Sequence record: OL451225.1
From: Escherichia phage P896
Reading direction: 5' to 3' (one strand)
DNA length: 64,000 bases
The position numbers were made by a program, and so were the translations under genes. The first letter of the stretch is position 1. Each line of letters opens with the position of its first letter. Positions 1 through 7,910 of this stretch are shown piece after piece. Below the pieces are notes generated by a model. It did no database searches, was not told where the DNA came from, and was given only the letters and a program-made list of their open reading frames with translations.

Positions 1-423
1 GCCGCCTGTTCGGAACCAGAAGCAGTATTGAAGAATTCCAGTGGGACGTCAAGCGCGATTTTGCGCATCGCATCATGGTAACAAAAAGCTTTGGTCTGAT
101 TCAATCTGACGATAGTCCTAGTCACATATTCCATTGCAGCAAAATCTCTGGCAATACCATAGTCTTCTGTAAAGGAGGTTATCCTTCCAAATTCAAAAGG
201 TTGCATTGATTCTTTTGCTTCATCTAACAAATCAATCTCTTGTTGGGTAACCCCGCGATACAAGACTGTATCGGGTATAGATAACCTTGACTTGATGATT
301 GAGTTAACGTTTGAATGCAAGGTCTTATCAACCTTTGATGTGCGGCATTCAAATAATGAAGCTATCTCCATTTCATTAAATTTTAACTGGTTGGGTTCGG
401 TATCAGATTTGATGATGTTCATA
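1..423 (-). CDS. Partial CDS (N-terminal ~141 codons; 3' end beyond window edge); possible R-S-E-type ADP-ribosyltransferase (ModA/ModB-like)
   Basis: Minus-strand ATG at 421-423, open to position 1; translation MNIIKSDTEPNQLKF... contains LYRGV and ITSFT motifs resembling ART Arg and STS motifs. Confidence 0.4.
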
Positions 424-478
424 ATGGCCTCTCTGTTGTAAGAAAGACCATTATGTCATTAGGAGGGGAGTAAGTAAA

Positions 479-712
479 CTACTTAAATACTCCAAGTGGG
501 ACGCCAAAGACTGCAATGTCTACGGCCATGCCAATCGGAGATTGATATGATGAGTAAGAACTTTTCGATTCTGGCGGTCGTTCGGCTTTAATTGTCTTGG
601 ATTCAGTCTTAATCCTTTGTAAGCGATTAATTTTTTGTTGCTCAATTTCCTTATGAGCATGTTTACGGTCGATATCCAGTGCCGATATGGGGATATTTGT
701 TAACCAGTTCAT
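479..712 (-). CDS. Hypothetical protein (~77 aa)
   Basis: ORF track 479..733; probable start at MNWL with ATGA overlap to upstream small ORF. Confidence 0.4.
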   Translation of the reverse strand: MNWLTNIPISALDIDRKHAHKEIEQQKINRLQRIKTESKTIKAERPPESKSSYSSYQSPIGMAVDIAVFGVPLGVFK

Positions 713-887
713 CGTTTCACCCATGGTGCCCATGGAGGTGGGTCGTCGTAATATGAGGCCAGGTCGCGCAGAACTTCCGTTGGGAGACTAAAACCATGCT
801 TCTGTATAATCGCATCAAGTTCGTCAACTAGGTCCACACGGGCTTCCGTATGAGCTTTAGGCTCTTCAAAAAGTTCAAATAAATCCA

Positions 888-1376
888 TTAGTAACCACCA
901 ATCGGACCGTAACCATACATACGAGCACGCATTTTAGTATCTTGAATAGCTTCTTCTGTTAAAGTAAAGCGTAAACCAATATCAAAGTGCTTCCAAATCT
1001 GACGTTCAACTTCAGCAAGGTCGTCGGTAGTGGAAATCAGATATGTGCGACCTTTAAGTCGTTCTTCCGAAATTCTATCGGTATCTTTATAGAAAATATC
1101 CGCAGTACCTTCTGCATACGGGTCCGGGTGGCGATAGCCTTTGATGTGTAGAGCTTCGGAAACAGTAAACGGACACCCTTCAGCCACATTAACGTTTTTG
1201 TTATGATATACCTTCAACATAATATTTTCTGGCATCGTCAGGTTCATTAATTTTGTTTCCAACTCAGTAACCGAATCCATGCCATTATATGCAAAGATAA
1301 GACAGGCTGTTGCATCGTAAGGCCGTGTTTGCCCAGCAGAATCACGGACATAGAATTCTAATTCATATACTTTCAT
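888..1376 (-). CDS. Hypothetical protein (162 aa)
   Basis: Long minus ORF, tightly coupled to neighbours (TAATG junction). Confidence 0.6.
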   Translation of the reverse strand: MKVYELEFYVRDSAGQTRPYDATACLIFAYNGMDSVTELETKLMNLTMPENIMLKVYHNKNVNVAEGCPFTVSEALHIKGYRHPDPYAEGTADIFYKDTDRISEERLKGRTYLISTTDDLAEVERQIWKHFDIGLRFTLTEEAIQDTKMRARMYGYGPIGGY

Positions 1377-1518
1377 AATGTTTTCCTCTTACCAACTAAT
1401 GGACCATCAGGAACTTTATTTTCCTTGATGTACTTTTCATTTTCTTCCATCATTTTACTGCCAATTTTCAAAAGCAAATCCAGTGCTTCTTTTGCCTGAC
1501 GTTCAGCTTCTTCTTGTG

Positions 1519-1713
1519 TCATGATTTATCTCCGTAGATATCACGCATCAGTTTAAGCACAGCTCGTTCAGCCTTCTTTTCCTGCATGACTTTAAGCCCT
1601 GTAGCCGCCCATTCTTCCGCTTCGCGCTGCATTTCTTCCTCGGCTCTGGCCACCCAAGAATCATCAATCCCTGGAGTAACCAACCAATCTTTAAGCCAAC
1701 TTGTAATTCTCAT
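1519..1713 (-). CDS. Hypothetical protein (64 aa)
   Basis: ORF track; contiguous with neighbouring minus-strand genes. Confidence 0.4.
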   Translation of the reverse strand: MRITSWLKDWLVTPGIDDSWVARAEEEMQREAEEWAATGLKVMQEKKAERAVLKLMRDIYGDKS

Positions 1714-2073
1714 TTAATCACACGAGCTGGAAGACGAATCGCAGCTTCCTGAATCATAGGAGGAATAAGACGAATCACCAGTCCACGAACTGACAGCGGC
1801 CGCAGTAACCACAATCGGAGTGGTATCTATAATCGGAGTAGTATCAACATGACTCGTAGAACGTCTTGAATCCAGATGCTCTTTTAACTTTTTCGAATTC
1901 AATGGCAATGCACCTGGTCCGACATTACCGGCTTTTTCTGGTCGGCGACGAACTTCTTCCATCATACCATCGCCCATGTAAACATATTCTCTTAGCTTGA
2001 CATCTGGTAGGCTAACAGGAACCACACCTTCATTCGGTTTAGTCTTGAATAAATTCTTGAGCCAACTAATCAT
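1714..2073 (-). CDS. Hypothetical protein (119 aa), Ser/Thr-rich C-terminus
   Basis: ORF track; no recognised domain. Confidence 0.5.
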   Translation of the reverse strand: MISWLKNLFKTKPNEGVVPVSLPDVKLREYVYMGDGMMEEVRRRPEKAGNVGPGALPLNSKKLKEHLDSRRSTSHVDTTPIIDTTPIVVTAAAVSSWTGDSSYSSYDSGSCDSSSSSCD

Positions 2074-2267
2074 AGGAAACCTCGTTTAAATTCAACTTTA
2101 CCATCATCACAACGGATTTCAATATTGAATTCTAAAGAATCATCATCGTGCATCATGAACGAGTGTACGACAACCTCATCAAACACACCCAGACCATACT
2201 TAAAATGTACATCATGGGCAATAACTTCGTCTAAAGTTTTGTTCGGTTTAATCCAACGGTTTAACAT
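2070..2267 (-). CDS. Hypothetical protein (65 aa)
   Basis: ORF track; 4-nt overlap with downstream gene. Confidence 0.5.
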   Translation of the reverse strand: MLNRWIKPNKTLDEVIAHDVHFKYGLGVFDEVVVHSFMMHDDDSLEFNIEIRCDDGKVEFKRGFL

Positions 2268-2310
2268 AGTATTCTCCTCTGTAGTTGAGATAATTATACC
2301 ATCTCTATTA

Positions 2311-2338
2311 AAAGCAAAAAGGGAACCCGAAGGTTCCC
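2311..2338 (-). terminator. Rho-independent terminator downstream of soc
   Basis: Hairpin GGGAACC-CGAA-GGTTCCC followed on minus strand by T-run. Confidence 0.7.
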
Positions 2339-2343
2339 TATAA

Positions 2344-2577
2344 TTAAACTACTGGGGTAGGCGTAAACATTGCCGCGTTCTTAGTTCGCCAATCGGCTGC
2401 ATCAGTCACTACAGTAGTATATGCTGCAACGGCCGAAGGGAAAGTCTGATAGTGCGCATCAGCAATACGGTGCTCGTTCGAATAGATTTCAAACGGAACT
2501 GATACTTCAACGCCTTTAACTTCTTTACCTTCACCAGCTGGATGCGTGAAGGTTTTGATATTAACGAAACCACCCAT
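2344..2577 (-). CDS. soc: Small outer capsid protein Soc
   Basis: 77 aa; GFVNIKTF...HYQTFPS matches recalled T4 Soc; late promoter upstream. Confidence 0.85.
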   Translation of the reverse strand: MGGFVNIKTFTHPAGEGKEVKGVEVSVPFEIYSNEHRIADAHYQTFPSAVAAYTTVVTDAADWRTKNAAMFTPTPVV

Positions 2578-2608
2578 AATAAACTCCTTTGTTGTTTAAT
2601 TACAGGTG

Positions 2609-2616
2609 TATTTATA
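2609..2616 (-). promoter_or_regulatory. T4-type late promoter (TATAAATA) for soc
   Basis: Plus-strand tatttata = minus TATAAATA, ~30 nt upstream of soc ATG. Confidence 0.6.
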
Positions 2617-2618
2617 AC

Positions 2619-2900
2619 TTACAATTTGGCGGCTTGGACTGCTTTATTGGCTTCAGTCATTTTAGCTAGATTTTCAGCAGTAGGATTGGCAATGTATTCG
2701 GCTGTAGCTTGAGCAAAAACATTATGAGTTTCGATTACATTTTTAGCATTTTCAGTATTCATATCAATTTCTTGTTTAGATAAATTTTTTAGTTGATTGG
2801 CTAAGAGTTCTACAAAGATTTCAACATTAGCGTTTTCAATTATAGCATTAATATGCTTCTTACGAGCTTTCTTAAGTTGACGTTTATTTAAACGAGCCAT
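2619..2900 (-). CDS. Hypothetical protein (93 aa)
   Basis: ORF track; Lys-rich N-terminus. Confidence 0.5.
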   Translation of the reverse strand: MARLNKRQLKKARKKHINAIIENANVEIFVELLANQLKNLSKQEIDMNTENAKNVIETHNVFAQATAEYIANPTAENLAKMTEANKAVQAAKL

Positions 2901-3418
2901 TAATAACCTCGGTCTTGGCGAGCAAAGTTCTCGGCATTTTTCAGGTAATACAGTTTAAAGATTTCTTCTGCTGTCAGACCAAGACCATGGAACATATTCA
3001 GAACAAAGTGCAGGATATCAATCATTTCGAATTTAATTTCGAGCTGGTCTTCAGGAGACAATTCATCAATACGACGATTACGGAATTCAGCATGTTGCGC
3101 TTTCCACGGCTTCCAGCAACTGGATGCGGCTTTCTCACCATTAGACATGCCACCGAGCGAAGTCAGAAGTTCACGGAATTCGTCGTCGACATAATCTTTC
3201 TGGTTACGAAGCCATGCAACAACATCGCCTGCGGTTGCCAATTCATCTGGATGTGTGTTATATTCTGGTTTTTCTGTAGCCAGACGAACCTGCAAAGATT
3301 TCTGCATATCAAGCATAATCTGCAGAGGGTCATCATTGCCTTTTAGGACATCATTATACGCATCTTGCGCTTTATCAACACCAGCAATCAGTTGAGAACA
3401 CTCGTTAAAATGAGCCAT
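2900..3418 (-). CDS. 56: dCTP pyrophosphatase gp56 (MazG-like dCTPase/dUTPase)
   Basis: MAHFNEC...DPLQIMLDMQ...ETAGDVV...SPEDQLEIKFE...LYYLKNAENFARQD matches recalled T4 gp56; start set at second Met. Confidence 0.9.
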   Translation of the reverse strand: MAHFNECSQLIAGVDKAQDAYNDVLKGNDDPLQIMLDMQKSLQVRLATEKPEYNTHPDELATAGDVVAWLRNQKDYVDDEFRELLTSLGGMSNGEKAASSCWKPWKAQHAEFRNRRIDELSPEDQLEIKFEMIDILHFVLNMFHGLGLTAEEIFKLYYLKNAENFARQDRGY

Positions 3419-3502
3419 TATATTTTTCCTTATCAATTCATATTGTTTGTATGTTAATTATATCATATTGGTTTAAAGCATAAATACAAGAAAGGAGGAT
3501 GT

Positions 3503-3700
3503 ATGCTCAAACTATCTAGTCTAATTCAAGCCATCAAAGGCAGTCGTAAGCGAACGATTCTGGTCCTTTCGATACTCTGTTTTGTTCTACTCTGGAATTT
3601 CATTGTTGTCCCTATTGCATTGGCACATGGTGTTATATTGCCAGTCGTCGCGCTCGAATCAGTTGTAGATGTTTCACTGGCATTAATCGGCCTTATATAA
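3503..3700 (+). CDS. Small hydrophobic protein (65 aa), plus strand
   Basis: Strong RBS AAGGAGG 7 nt upstream of ATG; two predicted TM segments; only plus-strand ORF with good start signals in this interval. Confidence 0.35.
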   Translation: MLKLSSLIQAIKGSRKRTILVLSILCFVLLWNFIVVPIALAHGVILPVVALESVVDVSLALIGLI

Positions 3701-3808
3701 ATGGAACTTACTGGTTGTGCCTATCGCTGCAACACAAGGGGTGCACTTACCCCAGGTCACAATAGAACATATTCATTCCATCATCGGTTACTTTACCGGA
3801 ATCCCTTC

Positions 3809-4837
3809 CTAAACTTTTGCGTACTTCGAAAGTCGCATTCTCGCCATCAATCCTTGAGCAACGTTATCGGCCATATATGATTCGATTTGTTCAGGGGTTG
3901 CCCCTTCTGATTTAACCATCTCATTTATGTCTTTCGTATGCCATGGTGCATTGTCCCAGAACATAACAGCTTCGCCAGCTTCAACGAGCTTCTTCATACG
4001 TTTAATCGTATCCGGATGTCTTGGCTCGTTGTCCATTACCCATACTCTTGTTTCAGCATAAGGAACAGCTTCCAATGCCAATGTGCCACCGGTTATCGCA
4101 ATGCTGTTAGGGATAAACAAACTATCAATTGGACCTTCCATTACCCATACGCGTTTACGCTCATCAATCTTGTCTACTCCATAGACTTTGGAAGCTTCTG
4201 GGTGAGCTTTGATTGTGATATATTTTTGTGGTGCATCTTTGCGAAGAGCTCGTCCTTGGAAAGATTCGATTTCTTTTTTGCCGTTGAAGATAGGAATAAC
4301 CAAGCGTGGTTCATTCGTTTCATTCTTATACGTCCCAGGATTGACGGAGTTAACTAATGCAGGCCATTTGTTTGTAAACCATAACCGGTTCCAAACATTG
4401 CTAGGAATACACCGACTTTTTACATACTTAATTATCGGATGTGCTTCTGGTAAAGTATCGAGTCTTTCACAAAAAGCAAGCTGCTCGATAACCGGAGTTT
4501 TTTCTGGTTCTTTCGGAGTTTCTGCAACTTCATTGCGCTGTCTGCCAAAGGCATTCTCCTTATACTTCTCAACCATATATTCCCGGTGTAAATCCGGCTC
4601 AAACTCTTTTATGTATTTGCTTATATGCGTGGAGTAGTCACAGTTAAAACATTTCACGTAAACCGCGCCATCAGACGGATTGGTATACGCCCAGAATCTG
4701 GCTTTATGTGAATCTTTCTGGGAGTCGCCACAAACTTTACATCTGCAGTTTGCCTTAAATGTGCTCCCGGTGACTTCTCTATAACGTGGTTGATACGATA
4801 AAGCTCTGATTGCAAATTCTCTATCAATATATGACAT
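3809..4837 (-). CDS. 61: DNA primase gp61
   Basis: 342 aa (same as T4 gp61); N-terminal Cys4 zinc ribbon (CRCKVCGD...CFNC), TOPRIM-like core. Confidence 0.93.
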   Translation of the reverse strand: MSYIDREFAIRALSYQPRYREVTGSTFKANCRCKVCGDSQKDSHKARFWAYTNPSDGAVYVKCFNCDYSTHISKYIKEFEPDLHREYMVEKYKENAFGRQRNEVAETPKEPEKTPVIEQLAFCERLDTLPEAHPIIKYVKSRCIPSNVWNRLWFTNKWPALVNSVNPGTYKNETNEPRLVIPIFNGKKEIESFQGRALRKDAPQKYITIKAHPEASKVYGVDKIDERKRVWVMEGPIDSLFIPNSIAITGGTLALEAVPYAETRVWVMDNEPRHPDTIKRMKKLVEAGEAVMFWDNAPWHTKDINEMVKSEGATPEQIESYMADNVAQGLMARMRLSKYAKV

Positions 4838-4869
4838 AGTTTCCTCATTTCAATGGCCCCGAAGGACCA

Positions 4870-5037
4870 TTATACTGTAGGTTTATCGTCTTTGTTCTTA
4901 CGCTTTTTTGATGGGATTTGTTCAGGGCCTTTATTGACAACTGCCCCGGAAGTGGTACCTGTTGTGATATTAGTTGGGTTTCCACCTGCATCACCTGCAA
5001 CCATATCTTCGTTGATAAAATCTTTGAATGTTTTCAT
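4870..5037 (-). CDS. Small protein (55 aa) with internal-protein-like N-terminus MKTFKDFINE
   Basis: Own translation; RBS GGGGG upstream; below the ORF-track length cutoff. Confidence 0.4.
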   Translation of the reverse strand: MKTFKDFINEDMVAGDAGGNPTNITTGTTSGAVVNKGPEQIPSKKRKNKDDKPTV

Positions 5038-5056
5038 AACACCCCCTTTCCGCTAT

Positions 5057-5248
5057 TTATACAACAAAGATAGCTTTATCACCATTTGCATCAGTCACTT
5101 CATAAGTGTCTTCATGATACAACGGAATAATCCAGGTAACACCATCATCAGCGATAACATGGATTGCTTCTTGGTCTTGCGACACGATTTCATATTCTTC
5201 AAAAAGCTGGAAGACCGAAATCTTAGAGCCCGTACACATTGCACTCAT
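5057..5248 (-). CDS. Hypothetical protein (63 aa)
   Basis: ORF track. Confidence 0.4.
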   Translation of the reverse strand: MSAMCTGSKISVFQLFEEYEIVSQDQEAIHVIADDGVTWIIPLYHEDTYEVTDANGDKAIFVV

Positions 5249-5444
5249 ATTGTTCCCTTCTTTTAATCAATTGACGATGTGCCTTTTTAAGTTTACGAAT
5301 CTGACGTTTAGTCGGTCGCGCAACGTAAGCTTGTGTAGTTACTCGTCCAAAAACACCATACTTAGGCGAAGGAGTATCAATAAAGACTTCCCACTGGCAA
5401 GAGTAACTATATATTGCTTTAGAGAATTGGGTCAAAACAAACAT
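5223..5444 (-). CDS. Hypothetical basic protein (73 aa)
   Basis: ORF track; start in TAATATG junction copied from the upstream paralog junction. Confidence 0.45.
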   Translation of the reverse strand: MFVLTQFSKAIYSYSCQWEVFIDTPSPKYGVFGRVTTQAYVARPTKRQIRKLKKAHRQLIKRREQYECNVYGL

Positions 5445-5445
5445 A

Positions 5446-5805
5446 TTAACCTCGCTTCATGAAGGCATTAAAAATCTGGTCATCAATATCAGTAGGCGGT
5501 TCTTGAGCTTTGACCCAAGCCCCTTCCAGAATGTCATTTGCTTCAGTAGATATCATGACCCCAATTTCAGGGTTTCCGGTTATCCAGGCTGCACAATCGC
5601 GGACATTCTTTTTATCAAATGGATAACCACGATTATCTTCACAAGGCCCATTCATTGTCATAAATGAACGAGCCTTTATGATAACATCATCTTTAACGAT
5701 AATATAACCAATCGCCTGATTAAACCGTGGCTCACGAAATTCATAATGGGCATTACCATCATTATTGCTCGCCAGTTCAAAATTCAGAAAATTATAATAA
5801 CTCAT
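5446..5805 (-). CDS. Hypothetical protein (119 aa), paralog family ending DDQIFNAFMKRG
   Basis: C-terminal 13 aa and ~45 nt junction near-identical to 5807..6241. Confidence 0.6.
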   Translation of the reverse strand: MSYYNFLNFELASNNDGNAHYEFREPRFNQAIGYIIVKDDVIIKARSFMTMNGPCEDNRGYPFDKKNVRDCAAWITGNPEIGVMISTEANDILEGAWVKAQEPPTDIDDQIFNAFMKRG

Positions 5806-5806
5806 A

Positions 5807-6241
5807 TTAATCTCGCTTCATGAAAGCATTAAAAATCTGGTCATCAACTGAATATACAGGGGTTTCCAGAAGTTTCAAAAGACTGTTTTTGATGTACTTA
5901 CCCGGGATACCCTTAACAATACTGTCATTCAACTCATTATCAGGGTTGATGTCTTTAAATTCAAACCCGTCAAACTCAACCTTGTCAGGAATACCGTCAG
6001 CGAAAAAATAAACCAATTGGTGCATTGTATTGCGCGAAAATAATTTAGACTTGACCGCAATAAGTTCTTGCCAATGGTTTAATTCTTTGTTAAGAAGTTT
6101 ATGAGCAAACGTAATTCTATTATCACTATCAACAAGAAAATAACCCAGGTATTGAATCTCGTCGCTCCAAAACACCCTGTATGCCTGCGCATTTGGATTT
6201 TTACAACGAAGTTTTTTGATAACCAAATTTCTGTTAATCAT
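5807..6241 (-). CDS. Hypothetical protein (144 aa), paralog family ending DDQIFNAFMKRD
   Basis: Start set at MINRNL (TAAAATG coupling to sp); shared C-terminus with 5446..5805. Confidence 0.55.
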   Translation of the reverse strand: MINRNLVIKKLRCKNPNAQAYRVFWSDEIQYLGYFLVDSDNRITFAHKLLNKELNHWQELIAVKSKLFSRNTMHQLVYFFADGIPDKVEFDGFEFKDINPDNELNDSIVKGIPGKYIKNSLLKLLETPVYSVDDQIFNAFMKRD

Positions 6242-6242
6242 T

Positions 6243-6536
6243 TTATTCACCTGTAACCCATTGAACAATTTTGCTATTGTCAAATGAAGCATCGCAATAC
6301 AGAATATAGTTATACTGCATAACGTCACCAGAAGACAATTGGTCAGATACTTCTTTAACCATATCAGGGCGGTCACGTTTGGTTATGTTCATGATATCAG
6401 CACGAATCTGGGTTTCAACTTCAGATTGCTCTGCTGTCATAGACCATTCACAAAGGTTTTTATCAAGCCCAGCAGTAACTGGAGCTGTACCACATGATGC
6501 TACGGTAAGAATTGCTGCAATAATTAACTTTTTCAT
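6243..6536 (-). CDS. sp: Spackle (Sp) periplasmic superinfection-exclusion protein
   Basis: 97 aa; signal peptide; LCEWSMTA...VETQI...DIMNI.KRDRP...MQYNY.LYCD matches recalled T4 Sp (61.3). Confidence 0.8.
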   Translation of the reverse strand: MKKLIIAAILTVASCGTAPVTAGLDKNLCEWSMTAEQSEVETQIRADIMNITKRDRPDMVKEVSDQLSSGDVMQYNYILYCDASFDNSKIVQWVTGE

Positions 6537-6600
6537 AATGTTCTCCTCAGTAGTTGATATGGATAATATACTGCATTATCCCTTTGATGTAAACTGTTAT
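6537..6600 (-). promoter_or_regulatory. T4-type early promoter + conserved leader (family A)
   Basis: Minus strand GTTTACA...TATATTATCC...ACTACTGAGGAGAA-ATG. Confidence 0.6.
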
Positions 6601-6800
6601 TTTTCGTTAGAACGATAATCACATTCAAAAACTTTATTGTCATTAACAAAGGCTTTAACCAGCGCATTATTCACTTCTGCATACTGCACTGTAACCCATT
6701 CAATCATATTTTTGTCACTGACATCCAGCGCGGTTTCTTTGGTAAACATATTACCATTTTCAAACCAACCAATAAACAATACGTTCTCTAATTTATACAT
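6597..6800 (-). CDS. dmd: Dmd antitoxin (discriminator of mRNA degradation, anti-RnlA/LsoA)
   Basis: 67 aa; GWFENGNMFTKE...QYAEVNNALVKAF.ND.KV.E.D matches recalled T4 Dmd (61.5). Confidence 0.8.
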   Translation of the reverse strand: MYKLENVLFIGWFENGNMFTKETALDVSDKNMIEWVTVQYAEVNNALVKAFVNDNKVFECDYRSNEK

Positions 6801-7118
6801 TTAGATTTCCTCACAAAACGCCCAGGCAGCGTGATAAACTGTTGCGCCTTTAGTATCATTTAAACAAACCACGTCAACAGGTGCAATCACACGATAAAGA
6901 CGGGGTTCTCCTCCATATGAGCGAGCTGCTCTTCCTGCATAGATACGCGCCAAACCAATATCTTCAGTAAAAAACACACGCCCTAAATTTTTCTTACGCC
7001 CAACTTCTGACAGAACACCAGTTGCATCAGGAGGACAAAGCATATTTTGGATTCCAGCATTAGAGCTTGACCCATGATAATAAACTTTGTATTCTGCCTT
7101 GCAATCAATGGTTTTCAT
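6801..7118 (-). CDS. Small protein (105 aa) with diphtheria-toxin/PARP-like NAD-binding motif (putative ADP-ribosyltransferase-fold)
   Basis: VYYHGSSS motif (cf. SYHGT of DT, GYHGT of exotoxin A) followed by aromatic-x9-Y (FFTEDIGLARIY); preceded by family A promoter. Confidence 0.45.
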   Translation of the reverse strand: MKTIDCKAEYKVYYHGSSSNAGIQNMLCPPDATGVLSEVGRKKNLGRVFFTEDIGLARIYAGRAARSYGGEPRLYRVIAPVDVVCLNDTKGATVYHAAWAFCEEI

Positions 7119-7186
7119 TTTATTCTCCAGTAGTTGATAGGGTCATTATAACATAAGAAAAAGGGGCTGTAAGCCCCTTTGTTCAC
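7119..7186 (-). promoter_or_regulatory. Terminator hairpin + early promoter/leader (family A variant)
   Basis: GGGGCT-GTAA-AGCCCC hairpin then CAGTAGTTGATAGGG leader. Confidence 0.5.
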
Positions 7187-7489
7187 TTACGCCAACTCAT
7201 AGTTGTGCATAGTCAGACAACGAATTTTCCCAGTAGTTGGGTGCATAACAGTCACACTAATTGTGTAATCATCGCACACGTTAACAAAAGGTTCAGCGAT
7301 AACATATACTGCCCCGCCTGCAAGCAGATACTCACGAAGAGAGCTGCGAACAGATGAAGGTTGAACATCGCTTTTGAGCTTTATTAATTTACCAGTTTGA
7401 ATGCCTGATGCGATAAGAGCAGCACAGTTTTCATCACGGCGAGCGAATTGTCCAAAATAGTAACGATTCATATCGGTTTGATTAAACAT
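7187..7489 (-). CDS. Hypothetical protein (100 aa)
   Basis: ORF track; family B promoter upstream. Confidence 0.55.
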   Translation of the reverse strand: MFNQTDMNRYYFGQFARRDENCAALIASGIQTGKLIKLKSDVQPSSVRSSLREYLLAGGAVYVIAEPFVNVCDDYTISVTVMHPTTGKIRCLTMHNYELA

Positions 7490-7567
7490 ATGGTTTTCCT
7501 TTTAACAGTTGGTTTATTGTGTAACTCAGTATGGAATCATTATGTCCTAAGACAAGGGGCTTGTACA
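7490..7567 (-). promoter_or_regulatory. T4-type early promoter + conserved leader (family B)
   Basis: Minus strand GTGTACA...CATAATGATTCCATACTGAGTTACAC...ATG. Confidence 0.6.
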
Positions 7568-7816
7568 CTATTTTAATTCATTAATTAAATGAAAATCTTG
7601 TGCATTGAAAGTAATGAAAAAATAATCATTCCCTTCAACTGAAGCATGACAGGCAACACTACACCAGCGCCTTGCTCTGTTCAAGGAGCAATCCAAAATT
7701 TTAAAAGGCTTCAGACCAACAATGGCAGCTGTTCTTTTATTATGCTCACAAATATCAGCATACTTTTGGAGAGCTTCTTCAGATTTGAACTGGTAATGCA
7801 CATTAACTAATAACAT
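7568..7816 (-). CDS. Hypothetical protein (82 aa), Cys-containing
   Basis: ORF track; family A promoter upstream. Confidence 0.55.
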   Translation of the reverse strand: MLLVNVHYQFKSEEALQKYADICEHNKRTAAIVGLKPFKILDCSLNRARRWCSVACHASVEGNDYFFITFNAQDFHLINELK

Positions 7817-7906
7817 TTTATTATCCTCATCAGTAGTTGATGGGATAATAGTACACCCTTTTTATGAGGATGTAAACCCCTAAATGAAAAAAGGTCCACC
7901 CGAAGG
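7817..7906 (-). promoter_or_regulatory. Terminator hairpin (after gene 41) + early promoter/leader (family A)
   Basis: AAAGGTCCACCCGAAGGGTCTTT hairpin; GTTTACATCCTCAT...TATTATCCCATCAACTACTGATGAGGA. Confidence 0.65.
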
Positions 7907-7910
7907 GTCT

